Below are positions 26,514 through 40,995 of a DNA stretch of 64,000 nt, piece after piece. The translations under genes were made by a program, and so were the position numbers. The stretch's first letter is position 1. Every line of letters begins with the position of its first letter. A model generated the notes under the pieces. That model saw nothing but the letters and a program-made list of their open reading frames with translations, was not told the origin of the DNA and did not search any database. This DNA comes from Octopus vulgaris (Eukaryota), in NCBI GenBank assembly GCA_951406725.2, contig OX597831.1, positions 59,644,001-59,708,000 of the forward strand. The letters run 5' to 3'.

Positions 26514-27929
26514 CTGAAATATATAGATTAATTGGGCAGGGCCGTATATAGCAAAACGGTTTATCTTGGCATAAGCTGATGGTGTGTCAGTCAGTAGAAG
26601 CAGCACCACTTGGATATTTGCAGTCAGTATATTTGGTTATATGCAACAAATTTTCTATTGTTTTCTTGTTGCTATTTCATATCGCCTGCTTTAGTGATGT
26701 CTGTAGTAGTATCGTAGTAGTTAAATAATATTCTTAATGCCGCAATGTACTCACATGCAGCATATTTCAGAGCTTATCGCTAATATATTTCTTAAGAAAA
26801 TTGAAAACTCTTTTTTTTGGAAGAGAATTGGTCACTAGCTATATTTAGGCATGAAAAAAATTGAATTTTGGTCCAGAAAAAAGTCTACATCAAAGTTATA
26901 GGAGAGCAATTAATGCAACCAATCAAGTTTAGATCTAAAGAACATTTGTTATTTTAAAGGTTAAATATATTTATTTTAGCTTTAATGATAGATGACAGCA
27001 TGAAGAAGTTCATGGTTTTGGTCCCGTGCAGTAAAAAATTGTATAAAAATGATGTGAGGTAAAAGATCACGAAAAAACATAACCAAGGCACAAAATTGGA
27101 TTTAAGTATAATTACCTTTTTATTTTGAAAGCAAACTATATTTTAATTAAGCTTAAATGATTGCACTGAATTCGAAAAATATCATGGTATCAACCTCATT
27201 CAATGAAGCTTTGAAAGAAAAAAGCATATGAGTATTTGCTTCTCGAATTTGAGGGTGATAATATAGTTTTATGAATATAGTTCTATAAGAGGAGTTTTAA
27301 TATATGTCACCAACATCATTGAGGTAAGGAAAGAATTATCAACGACACCGCTAATTGACACATTTGACACATTATTAATTAGCATAATAGCATAGCATTG
27401 AAACACATTTATTACATGGAATAATGCGTGCAAGAAAAATAATATTCTTAATATCATAAGCCTATAAAAGTACACGACAACTTATTACACGTGGAAAAGT
27501 TCAGCAAAGCTTATTATATCTAGTAATGTAGAGAACTCGGAATATTTTAACGTAAAAAGCTGCAGATAATGATGAAGTTTGAACATTAAAATTTATTTGA
27601 TTTTAATTTACAAAGTAACATTATAATTAAAACAGGTACCATCATTTTGTTAAAATATTGATACTCAAGAATAATTAAAAAATGAGAGCCAGAAGTACCA
27701 ATGTAGCTAAAGCGTTATGCAGAGTTGAATAGAATATATGGTAGGCAAATTCATTATGTAAAAAATAGGGATTGGGTCAAGACTAAAAATGTGAAACTTG
27801 GCAATAAGTTAGGCAATAACTCCAGCAAATTTTACTGTGAATTTGTTGTTATAGGTAGATTTTCTGTAATATATAATTAATTTTTGTATTATTCAATTTA
27901 TTGTAATAACTTATTATGTACTACTATTT

Positions 27930-29201
27930 TAAGGCCATCCCATATGTTCTGTCCGAATTTTGAATAAAGAAACAAGTGATCAAATGTTATATTTAATCGA
28001 AACGTAATCCTCAATGTACTTTCTCTGATTATCTGTGACTTCTTCCATCTATTTACAAACGTTTTCATCCCATTAATGTAAAATCGCTTTGGTTTCAAAG
28101 CGAACAACTCGGAAATGTCAGTTTCGACCTCCTCCATGCTTGCGAAGGTTTTGTCCACCAAAGGATTCTGTAAACTACGAAACAAGTGGTAGTCTCAAGG
28201 AGCATGGTCGTGAGAATAAGGAAGATGAGGAGGTTTTTCCCAACCAACCTCTTCGAACTTCTGTGATGTGATCTTTGCAGTGTGGGGTCACGCCATGTTC
28301 TGATAAAATATCACTCTTTTTCGATTCACTAAAGCGAGTCATTTTTCTTCAAGGCTTGGTTCCAATGTTCTAATTGCTGACAGTAGACTTGAACATTGAT
28401 CGTTGCATTAGGTGTTAACAATTCAAAGTGAATTACTCCTTTGCAATCCCACCAGATAGAGAGAAGAAACTTTTTCCCATGAAGTTCCCTTCTCGGTTGT
28501 GGTTGAGCTCTTTCCCTTTTACTAAGCCACTGTTTACGACGTTTACCATTCCGATAGAAGATACATTTTTCGTCACCAGTCACAAGTCTATCGAAAAAGG
28601 GTGCAATGAGTTCGCGAGAATGTAGAGAAGAGCAGATGTCAACTCGGGATTTGTGGTTGCTTTCGGACAATTCATGAGGCACACATTTTTCAAGTTTAGG
28701 AAATTTTCCAAATTGTTGAAGATGACGATGAACAGTCGTATGGTTTGAACTAAGCTTTATTGCCAACTCTTCAACTGCTAATGCATGATTTTCTTCAAGT
28801 AATGCCTCAGGAAGCTTATCATCAAACTCAACTGGATGTGCTGTTCGACCTTCATCTTCAAGGCTGAAATCTCTGCTTCTGAATTTCGCAAACCATCGTC
28901 TGCAAGTTATTGCATTCAAGCATTCTTTCCCATAAACTGAGTGTGTGTATCGAGTCGCTTCGGCTGCAGAGCTTCCTTTTTTGTATTCAAGCTTTATGAG
29001 CCCCAAATGCTCTTTGGATACTTCCATGTTAGAAAGGGATTTAATAAAAAAAAAAAAATAATTCTATTATTCTATAAAATGTTTAAATGTACACAAATGC
29101 ATCAAAATAAAATGTAATTCGATTAGACATTCTAAAATACCATTAAATTTCATTCAACTTAAAAAAAGGTAAAATCCGACAGAACTTATGGGATGACCTG
29201 A
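27930..29201 (-). mobile_element. mariner DNA transposon, full-length but decayed
   Basis: TIRs taaggccatcccatatgttctgtccgaattt / aaaatccgacagaacttatgggatgacctga. ORF 28329-29027 has HTH, CVPHEL and RLVTGDEKCIFY; downstream HLPYSHDHAP*DYHLFRS corresponds to YSPDLAPSDYHLF. Confidence 0.95.
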
Positions 29202-29633
29202 TATCTTTTGTAACCTATTTTCAAATTTGCAATTATTAATTAATAATGACAAAAAAAGAAAACGAATTTTGAAAGGGGAAAAATATTTTGAGATATTTAT
29301 AGAAGTAACAAGTAATATCTAAACGAAAAACAACTTGCAATAAAATTTTAATTTTCAATAAAAGCAAATATTTTCTAAATCTAAATATTTAATTTGAAAT
29401 TTTATCTATAAATTCAATACTTTAAGTAAAAAATTTCTTGTGCTGTACTTCACCAGATATAATAATTTGTCCTGTAATTTTCCAGACTTATAATCTTAAG
29501 AATATTATTACTCTTGCTCGCATTTTCCCATGTGAGAAATGGCTAGGTTATTTCAGATGAATATCTCTGTTAAATGATTTCAAGTATTTAAAAAATTTTT
29601 TACGGATTTTCTCATTTTCTTCGTCTTGAGACT

Positions 29634-29667
29634 AGATTTGGCAGGCGAAAACTGAAAGAATTCCGTC

Positions 29668-29753
<86 letters not shown>

Positions 29754-29967
29754 GTTTGTGTGTCTGTATTTTCCACCTCAACCATCGCTTGACAAGCGAT
29801 GCTGGTGTGTTTCTGTTCTCGTAATGTAGCTGTTTGGCAAAAGAGACCGATAGACTACGTACTAAGATTACGAAGAGTAAGTCCAGGTATTGATTTGTTC
29901 GACTAAGGGTGATGCTCCAGGATGGCCGCAATTAAATGACTGATAAAATGAAAGAATGAAAGAATAT
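29634..29967 (+). mobile_element. SINE family A, 5'-truncated
   Basis: gatttggcaggcgaaaactgaaagaa-(TA)n(TG)n-catcgcttgacaagcgatgctggtgtgttt...ggccgcaattaaatgactga, homologous to 34191-34670. Confidence 0.85.
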
Positions 29968-30675
29968 AGATTATACAAAGGGGCTTCGAAAGGTATTAGA
30001 TTTGGTTTTGCATTAAAATATATTATAGTTGATTTACTACTAAAATGTAATAGAGTTGGTTTTGGTTTGGGATGGATTATACTGTTATTTATAGCAGAAG
30101 CAAAATAAATATCTATAGGTGTCCTCTCCGTACTTGGGGACACACATGTGAAATGAGAGGCTTTTCTCTTTTATATGTCATTGTGAAGTTTGCCTGCTCC
30201 TTGTAAAAGATCAATGAGTCCCATCGATACGCACGAAACTGTCTCTCGTTTTGGGCTCTCTGCTTTGTAATACCTGTTGTTATTTTCCCAATGTATTGCG
30301 TATATCCCAATTTAACATTGAGTTTATGCGTCCATTATTGAGGTGGATGGTTAACGGTCAAGAAACATTTCGATCATAATGAATATGTTTATAGTGATAA
30401 CCAGAACCATTCACAAAATTCCAAATGAATAATTTGAAATTTTGTCAATACATCAATATTGTGCATGTAAATATTAATGCTGTTACACGATTTAACTGTT
30501 CAAGATGGGTGACAACAAAAGTATTCGTATTATATTGTGTACCTATTCGTTAAGACATAGTTTGATAAAAAGCACACCACTCAAGCCATAGGCGTGCGCT
30601 CACACACACGTGTATGTATATGCATGCATACATGTATATATATATATATATATATTTCTCTCTCTATATATATAT

Positions 30676-30772
<97 letters not shown>

Positions 30773-30991
30773 CATACATATATACATATTTTATTACTAC
30801 CTCAGTCCATCTAAATATATATATCTGTCATTAGCTTTCATAAAATGCCTTTTCTTTCTTTTTTAACAATGTGCATTTTGGTTGATTTTTCTTATTTTCC
30901 CCTTACATTTCCAGGTGTATTTTATATTTTCGTTTTCTAACATATTTCTACTACGTATATATTTATATATACATACATACTTACATAGCCA

Positions 30992-31070
<79 letters not shown>

Positions 31071-31289
31071 CATGGAACAGCATGAGAAGCTCCCATAAAG
31101 GTAAACTATGAAAATGTATTAACTATTCTGTGTCTCGTATGAAGCACAGACACAGAAAGGAGCCATTCTTCAGTTACTACCTGCAAATAAGTTGCGCTAT
31201 TCACATTGTGTAAATATACACTTAAGCAAGCAAACAAATATATCACTCATGCATGACTACAGCGGCGTCACACTCGCCTATTTCAATAT

Positions 31290-31370
31290 ATATTCTAAGA
31301 TAAGTTGCTGCAAAAGTCGACTTTGCCTTTTATTCTTCCGTGGTCGATAAAATAAGTAACAGTTGTTCGT
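31290..31370 (+). mobile_element. SINE family B degraded fragment
   Basis: aagtcgactttgccttttattcttccgtggtcgataaaataagtaacagttg, a Deu/Nin-like domain. Confidence 0.65.
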
Positions 31371-31477
31371 GTAATCTTTATAGCTCCTCCTAGGAAATTC
31401 CTGACCGAAATCACGGGCAAAAAATTGAAACCAATATATATATAGGTACGCACAAACACCCCCACCCATACAGATTC

Positions 31478-31573
<96 letters not shown>

Positions 31574-31960
31574 TTATTACGGTATCTAACATACTATCGG
31601 GTATTGGTATACATCGCTGGTCACAAGGCAATTTCCATTGTTTTAGCTTCCGAATGACATCGCCCCGTTGGCTCGGCTGTCAAGCGAATATTTTCGTGAT
31701 CAGAAGGGTATTTCGTCACAAGGTTACCCGTGTGTAGTCCAGGAAAATGTAGTGATTGGATCAAGAACACAACTCGGAATCCGGCTCGGTAATCCAACCA
31801 ATGATTTAACGATCTTGTGTACATGTGTATACACATATAATGCATAAACACACACACACACACACATTCATCTATATATCTATATATCTATATATATATA
31901 TATATATATAATACATATATATATATATATATATACATATATGTATACTTGCATAAATAA

Positions 31961-32003
<43 letters not shown>

Positions 32004-33454
32004 TATATACATATACATCTGTTTACACATACCCGCACAAACACACACACAAATATGTATATATAATTTGAAAGAAAAACCTCATAGGTGACAATAAAAC
32101 TAGCCTACAGATAGACGATACAAAGGCGGAAAGGAAAAAGAGCAAATAGAGGTACAGGAAAAACGACGTTTCATTCATGGCCTTCTTTCGTCAGTGAAGT
32201 TACCAGATGTCCTTACAGCTTCGGGCAGTTAGACTTGAGACTGTTGAGCGAGAGAGAGTGAGACAGAGAGAGACAGACAGACAGAGAGGGTGGGAGAGAG
32301 AGAGAGTGGGTGAGGGTAGGAAGAGTTTTTCGTCAGGATGACGGGAACCAATAACTATGCGTTCTGAGTGCTTAAATAGTTCCATCCCGACAATTCCAGT
32401 TTGAAGAGTAGTCGAAGTATTTTTGCGATTGTCCTCTTCCAAACGGCTAAATGCCGGTTCCTTTGAGTCAGTAAGTTTAGGTTAAAATAGTAATAAAGGC
32501 AAACAATTAGTCAATGCATTACTTGGACATTTAGTTTAATTTAATTCGATCTAAATTTAGCTACATAACGAATGGTAACAACATAGTAAAGAATAGTCTC
32601 TGACAGTTTTTCTGTGATATTCCAGCTTTTGGAACATCGTATCGAGCAAGGTTCTGTAAGTTGCGTATTGCGTCATTGGTGTTATATAGATTAGACAGTT
32701 GGAGAAACTTCCTCATCAATGATATTTATTACGTTTTATTTTTCCAGGATGATTGGGGGTCCAATTAAATCCAGTTACATTGGGTCTTCTTTGAGTACAT
32801 CCATGATCAGAAAGGGAGGTCATGTAGTACAGCATTGTGCGAGGAATGAAATTATGGTTATACAGTACTTCATATTGAAAGGAAATTATGGCTAGCAGTT
32901 CCAAAGCTGTGCAGATATTAGAATATTCCTATGTCAGAAATATATCGATTCACTTAGCCTGTAACAAGATCGTTGTCAACGATGATGTTGGGAATGAAAA
33001 TACTAAAATATAAACGGTTCAATTCTTCAATCGGCCCTTGCTCCAAATCCACTTGCCAGTGCTTTACGGCTCATTTAAGGATCTTTGGTCTTTTGAAGCT
33101 ATGTTCCAGCCATGACACAGGTTGCGTTATTTCCGATTAATCTAGATATTGCTATTCATGAAAATATACAAAATATGAGAGACGTTTTAACTCACATTGG
33201 TATTGTAGTATTCATTAAACCGAGAATGTATTACAATAACCCCAACGGAACTGGAGTCAAGTCATCCATTTAAAGTGTTGACACAACGGCATTCAATTCA
33301 TTCAGACATCTCAGTGTAAACTGACATTCTGACTATAATGCAATAGCACGAACCATTCTATTCATTTTATGGCACAGAATAGTTAAACCTATAAAGGAGG
33401 AAATGTGGAAAAGAAAGGATTCAAATTGATTGTATTTCGCTGCATATTTCCTCA

Positions 33455-33766
33455 GTGGAGGCACATGGACTAGTGGTTAGAGCAGCGGACTCACAGTCGC
33501 GGCATCGCGGGTTCGAATTTCAGACCGGGCGATGTGAGTGTTTATAAGCGGAACACCTAAAACTCCAAGCGGCTCCGACAGAAGTTATTGGCGAACATCT
33601 GCTGACTCTTTCGCCACAACATTCTCTCACTCTTTCCTCCTGCATCTAGCAGCTCACCTGCGACAGACCAGCGTCCCGTCCAAGAGAGGAACCTATACGC
33701 CGTAGAAACCGGGAAACTGGCCCTTATGAGCAAGGCATGGCTCGAGAAGGAACAAAGAAACAGTAA
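33455..33766 (+). mobile_element. tRNA-derived SINE family C, tail type 2, full-length with 12-bp TSD
   Basis: A box tggactagtgg, B box ggttcgaattt; TSD catatttcctca at 33443-33454 and 33767-33778. Confidence 0.92.
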
Positions 33767-33823
33767 CATATTTCCTCACATTGTATAACTTCGTTACTTT
33801 TGTGTGTGGATTTAATTTTATTG

Positions 33824-33904
<81 letters not shown>

Positions 33905-34190
33905 ATTAATTATCTTAAGTGTTATTTACTAGATTTAATTGCAGTTCATCTTCTGTACACTGTACAATAACATATACGCGCACACGCACACATTCACGCA
34001 GTCTCCCAAATGTAAGATAGCAAGATGATAACGAGAAAAATGTAGATTGAAACAATAACAATCTCTCATAAGTATATGAAAATATCGTGATTATTATAAA
34101 TTTACGAATCAGTCCTAGGACATTTTACAGAAATAGCACTACACGTTCACACTCCGACACCTTCTATTAAACAAATAAATATGAATATAA

Positions 34191-34670
<480 letters not shown>

Positions 34671-35192
34671 GGGAGTTCTATTTATTAGAGCAACTAGAAT
34701 ACACGATCCAATGCACGATTCCATTGATGTACTTAAACGAATAAGTTACAGCATATTATTTATATTGTTACCTGTTCTCATAATAGTTCACGCTGCTAAT
34801 GTTCTTCTTCATTAAATTTAACATTATCCTTCTCTTGTGTTCGACATCAGCAGCATTTCTCACTGAAGAACACAGGAATAAATTTTGAAAAAAATAGTCC
34901 TTTTTTTTCTCACTTACTTTATGTTTTATGCGTAGAAATTCTTAAGTCATGATATGCATTTTTAAATATATTCTTGCTTTCTTGATTTCAATACGAATCA
35001 AGCGATTTTACAGACAATTCACAATATGATGCATGCTCATTTCTTCTTTCTACATATGAAACAAAATACTTAGAAGATAACTGAAATTAATTTAAACTGA
35101 AATTATTTTTCATATTAAGTTCTATTACTGTGGAGGGAACTGTGTGATACACAAAAGTTGAAAATATATTCTTTGATGATCAGAAGTTGTCC

Positions 35193-35281
35193 ATACATAC
35201 ATACATACATACATACATACATACATACATACATACATACATACATACATACATACATACATACATACATACATACATACA

Positions 35282-35310
<29 letters not shown>
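35193..35310. repeat. (ATAC)n microsatellite
   Basis: Perfect tetranucleotide run. Confidence 0.97.
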
Positions 35311-35313
<3 letters not shown>

Positions 35314-35369
35314 CCCATATATATACATTTGATTAGATTTGTGTGTATGTGTGTCTATGTACGTATATA

Positions 35370-36589
35370 TTGGGTCATCCCATATATATTAGACTGTTTT
35401 ATATTTATTTTATTTTTCAAAATTAAGATAAACAAAGTTCCTTTTTCATCTAAACTATATTCACCTTCATTTACTGCAATGCTCCGTCACCTATCTGGTA
35501 AAATTCCAAGATCCTCTTCCGAAATTCACTTGTCTGTTACGAAAAATGTATTGTTTTGACATCTACAGAATTCATATTTTTTCCGTTCGAATAGTTTTGA
35601 AGACTGCGCAATAAATGATAATCAGATGGGGAATTGACCGGCGAATATGTTGGATGGGGCATCGTTTCTCATGGAACCTGCCCCAGCATTTAGAATTCCT
35701 TCTTCGCTGTGTGTGCCGAGCATTATCCTGATGGAAGAACACCTTTTATCCTGAAACCAAGCTCCACGTAGCAGATCTCCTTTGTCATCGTTTGGGTTTG
35801 CTTTAAATGTTCTTAGTGAACAAAACTGTTCATATCCCACCAAACAGATAACACCACCTTACGTGCGGGAAGATCTTCTTTAGCCTGGGGTGCCGGTGTT
35901 TCTCCTTTCCATAATTGTCTCGGCGCTTTACATTTTTACAGAAAACCCATTTCTCATCACCAGTCACTAAAACTGGTTTATTCAGGAAACGTGACGGCAA
36001 AGAAGGAAGGGCACACATTGATTCTGCGTGAATTAAGCGCTCGGAAATTATGTGAGGAACCCATTGACCCAATTTGCAGACTTCTCCTATGGTTCGCGCA
36101 GGTGTCGATGAATGGCTGATTGAACAAATCAAATCTTTCCTGCTAGTTTCTCAACAGATACGATGGGCTTTTGTTCCACCAGGATTTGCAGGATATCCTG
36201 GTCGAGTTCCACAAATATTGCAGGACGAGGCTCGTCTTCTGGGCTTTGGGATCGTAATTTCTTCAACTGCTATTGACACTGAGTTACGCTTATTGTCCGA
36301 TCACTATTTACTGCATTAATATTCCTCGGACATTCCGTTGCATTGCTGCTATTTTGGAATCCATAAGGCTAAATCTGCTGAATATGTACCTATGTCACTC
36401 CTATTATAGATTTCAAAAAATAACAGTTAAAATTGAATTGCACTTTTCAAAAATTGGTCTAAGAATAGGAACAAGGTAAGATGACTGCCTGCTTTGATAT
36501 CAATTTCATGCAGGTAATTTATCCCGTCACCCTCAGTCTTTTACTTCATGTAATTTAAAACGAAACGCATTATTTATGGGATGACTCAA
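35370..36589 (-). mobile_element. mariner DNA transposon, full-length, heavily decayed
   Basis: TA-flanked TIRs ttgggtcatcccata / tatgggatgactcaa; minus-strand KLGQWVPH and VTGDEKWVF. Confidence 0.9.
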
Positions 36590-36602
36590 TATATATATAT
36601 TA

Positions 36603-37150
36603 TATTTTACTTTTTTCAATCTTTGCACAGCGGTCATTGACGGACATTGCGTTGAAGAGTTATGTCGGAAATCGAATTCAGTATATATATTTCTTTACTA
36701 CCCACAAGGGGCTAAAATAGATGGGGACAAAACTTTAAACTTTAAACAAGACTTTAAACTATTCAGTATATAGTTTAAAGTCTGGGGCGCATTCTGTCCT
36801 TTTTCTTTTAACGAAACTCTAAGTTACGCGGATGTAAGCATAGAAATACCTATTTCTTTATTACCCACAAGGGGCTAGACATAGAGGGGACAAACAAGGA
36901 CAGACATAGGTATTAAGCCGATTACACCGACCCCAGTGCGTAACTGGTACTTAATTTATCGACCCCGAAAGGATGAAAGGCAAAGTCGACCTTGGCAGAA
37001 TTTGAGCTCACAACGTAACGTCAGACGAAACACGGCTACGCATTTTGCCCGGCATGCTAACGTTTCTGCCAGCTCACCACCTTAAGCATAGAAATACCGG
37101 TCACACACACCAGTTGTCATGGGATGATGTAGAATTGAAACAAACACAAA
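36603..37150 (-). mobile_element. Old SINE family A relic interrupted by two family B insertions
   Basis: Degenerate A-family tail at 36603-36680 continues at 36775-36850 (aagttacgcggatgtaag) and 37099-37150 (acaccagttgtca). Confidence 0.6.
36851..37082 (-). mobile_element. tRNA-derived SINE family B (Deu/Nin-like central domain), full-length with 16-bp TSD
   Basis: Minus strand: GGTGGTGAGCTGGCAGAAACG...GAGCTCAAATTCTGCC...GCCTTTCATCCTTTCGGGGTCGATAAATTAAGTACC. TSD taagcatagaaatacc at 36835-36850 and 37083-37098. Confidence 0.92.
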
Positions 37151-37612
37151 GAAAAACAACCAAGTCAATAAATGACTGAAAGGAATCATAGCGAGGCTAT
37201 TTTCCCCTGAAGCTTACCGTTGCTGCAGGAAAAACTTAAAAGTAATCAAATAAATAAATCACAAAATAAAACCCACAGTTCTGGAGATTGCAGAAATGAA
37301 ATTCCGTTAGAAGTTCAACTTTTACATTGCAGTGGGTGATTTTGTTTACAGATACTTGTGTGCATACTAGCAGGAGCAATTCTCTCCCATTTGCTGTTTA
37401 AATAAGCACTTTAGTGAAAGGAGTTTCTCATCATGTTTCTTCTAGTAGCTCCACTACATGTCACAATGCCCACCGGTTACTTTAATGCTAGTAGATACGG
37501 AGCTTGTACCTTAATATTTTGCCTTTTTAGTTACTAATTGGTTACTTGTGACTTTTGATTCTGGTCCACATTGGATCGTTTATCGGGCTAAATTATACAC
37601 ACACACACACAC

Positions 37613-37697
<85 letters not shown>

Positions 37698-37745
37698 TTA
37701 TTCTTTTACTTGTTTCAGTCATTTCTGTGCGACCAAGTTCATATA

Positions 37746-37807
<62 letters not shown>

Positions 37808-38474
37808 CATATATATATAATGTACAATATCGGCGGCCACACTACTGCAGTAACGACCATCGTTTTCTTTGCATAGTAAATTATATTAAAAGAAATATAT
37901 CCTATGATTATTGATAATTCGTTGGAACGTCACTTTGAATGCGGTTCTCTATTTCTTGAAGTGGAAGTAGGACACAGTATCATTTCATGAAATTGTTACC
38001 TGATAAATTTTTACAAAGACTGCTTCTTATATTCAAGAAACATGACAATAAAGATTTGAAAGATTTCTTTTTATTATATTGTCTTAATTCTATTGTAAAT
38101 AAATAAGGAACTAAAACACTGCAAATGCTCTTCCATTTCGCCTTCTGTATTCACGTTATACAAATATGTGAATATGTTAGAAATGATAATAACATCTCAT
38201 TGCGCATACATGCTTCTTGTAAAATATATCAGTGGAATCTGCAATAAAGAATAATGGCCATGATATACGCTAGGATGTTTTTGTTAGTATTTTAGATTAA
38301 GGAAGGTGACTTTATTTTTGTAATTGAAGTTAATACAAAGAAACCGAAATTCAATCATTACAGGCTTTGTCATAACCAAATGCGAATTCTTGAAACTAAG
38401 AACACGGTTTGTACACATTCACAAAGAAGAAAATATATGGAAGCATAATAAAAATATAAACAGTGAAAAGAAAA

Positions 38475-40610
38475 TACATGCTATGTCTATGATCCATCAT
38501 AGTTTGCATTCTTTCTCAATTAACACTATTTCTGGTTCCTTATTCTCTGTCTCATGGTATTATTATTTTCGATGAAGACTCCGAATTTATATTCGCACCA
38601 TATTTTTGCTCTGTCAAGTTCATACTTTTTGCAAAATGTCCCATGGACAATCCTTGCTATTTTGTCCTGACGTCTCTTATATTCTTTCTGGTTTAGTGGC
38701 ATACATTCATTGGTAATATGCCATACTGTTTCACCGTTTTGTCCACAAATTCTGCACCTATCATTTTCTGGTGTGTTGCCTATTCTGTATTTGGTGTAAT
38801 TGGTTGTTAATGCTTCCTGTTGGACCGCAGAGATTACAGCATACGTTTCCGGTTTTAAATCACTTTTAGTCATCCATAGCCATCTTTTTCTATCCGTTTC
38901 ATCTTCGATATCCCTATGAAGTTGTCCATGCATTCTTTTCTTTATCCATCTGTTATCAGCTTCATTCATTCTCAGGTGCTTGTACAACGCTTTATCTTTG
39001 TAGTATTCCAGCCAATACAAACCCGACACTCTTACTTCCAATAATAGCAGTTCTGTGGCATTTTTTACATATCATGCTATGTTGTTTTCTCTACTCTAAT
39101 ACTGTGCTCGCATCAAGATATCCCTACTTTTTTTGGTACTTACAGTCTGTCTGTGTCGCTTTTTGGGTGGGGTATCCCATATAAGTCAGTAACTTTCTTG
39201 TTACTAACCTCTTTAGTTCGTCCAATCTGCATGCGATTACCCCAGCTCCGTATTTATGCTGTGAAACCGCCCAAATATTGATACCTCCTATCTTATTCTA
39301 TCCGTTTAATCCGTCTCAGTCTGCGCAAGTACTTCATCTTAAATTTTTCTGTCATTACTTTCTTTATTAATTTATCTATTTCCAATAACCGAATTACTTA
39401 TAGGCCGTCTCTTCTATCTGCTTCATCACATTTCCCGAGGATATTGCTAGCTCGTCCATAGATTTGGTTTTCCTTCTCTTCAAGACTAACACACCACACT
39501 TTTGAGTCTGAATTCCATTCTGTTATCAGCACTGAATGCTTACTCAGTATCAACGAGGGAACTGACTTGAGATTCATCTTTACTATAAAGTATGGCGTCA
39601 TCCATGAATAACAAGTGATTGATTTTCTGTTGGTGGCTCTTGAATACATACCCAGCCATTACTTTCCTTTGAATAAGTGTTATGGTATTATGCAAAATAC
39701 AATGATCAGTGGGGACGGTCTGTCCCCTTTTATGATATCTCTCCTGATTTCTGATTTCTATTGTCCCTAAACGTCTTCCATATGCTGTCAGTTCCGTCCT
39801 CCAATTCGCCATACTATTTCCAAGCAATCGCTCAACATTCGATGCAATACCAAATAGGTTCATACATTCCACAATCCATGCATGTGGGAATATATCGTAG
39901 ACCTTACGATAATCGATACAAAACATGGCTTAGTTTTTCTCCTCTTGCAGTCTCGATTTATAGCTTCGTCTACCCGGAGCTAATCGCTGGTATCTCTGCA
40001 TTTACACTTACAACCCTTCTGCTCATGTGGCAGGACTCCATTATTCGCCAGATATCCGTAAATTCACACTGCGTGTATTCCAGTCATTAATTTCTACATA
40101 GATGGCAAGCAAGAATTTTTCTACCGTATTGCCTTTTTCAATGTTTTTCAAGGACAGCTCTGTCCTACCCATTGTCGACCACTCTGGATTTATTTGGTTG
40201 GTCGGTATTTAACTAGCTGTTCAGTTGTGCAGCAGTTCGTACATGACATTCACCAAATTTCTTTTGATCCAGTAGCCTTGAAATCCATCTTGTCCCGCGG
40301 CCTTCAGGTTGCCCCTTTTTAATCTGATTTCCTTCAGTTTCTTAACTGAAATGACTAATTCTGCCTGTTTTGGACAGACCACACTTTAGTTCAGTTCTTG
40401 CAACCGTTGAGTAGTTTTCTTGTGCTCCGTGCCATTGCTGCAGATGCCACTCCCAAACCTTTGACTTTCAATGTAATCTTGTATCAACTTTTCATCTGTA
40501 CCCTCTCCATTTATATTTTTGTATTTCTATTTGCTTCTTCTGATCTACTCCGAATAACACATTTTGCTGCTATCCCTTCATTCTTTGGTTGTATCTTACC
40601 ATTTTGCTAT
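38475..40610 (-). mobile_element. R4/Dong-clade non-LTR retrotransposon relic (RT, CCHC, start of restriction-like endonuclease)
   Basis: Minus-strand motifs IDYRKVYDIFPHAWI, INHLLFMDDAILY, MHGQLHRD, CRICGQNGETVWHITNEC, KEYKRRQDKIARIVH, EPEIVLI...IIDIAC. Confidence 0.9.
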
Positions 40611-40611
40611 C

Positions 40612-40785
<174 letters not shown>

Positions 40786-40934
40786 TGAAAGCATTTATAT
40801 ATGAGAATATTACGTTTTATGTAAGAAACACCAGTAAGATAATGAAATTCATGGCATATCATATTGTTTTCTCATTCTCATTTTTACATACATACATGTA
40901 TAAACACACACACACACAGTCACGCAGACACACT

Positions 40935-40995
<61 letters not shown>

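Noticed and set aside
32164-32198. Minus-strand CTGACGA...GAAACGTC motif
   Set aside because: Both boxes are present but stems I and II do not pair; possibly a decayed hammerhead, not supportable.
32735-32895. Strong splice-acceptor-like ttttatttttccag followed by a short open frame
   Set aside because: No identifiable product and no supporting neighbouring exons.
33455-33530. tRNA gene candidates, also at the other SINE heads
   Set aside because: They are SINE heads with A/B boxes that continue into repeat bodies, without a complete cloverleaf.
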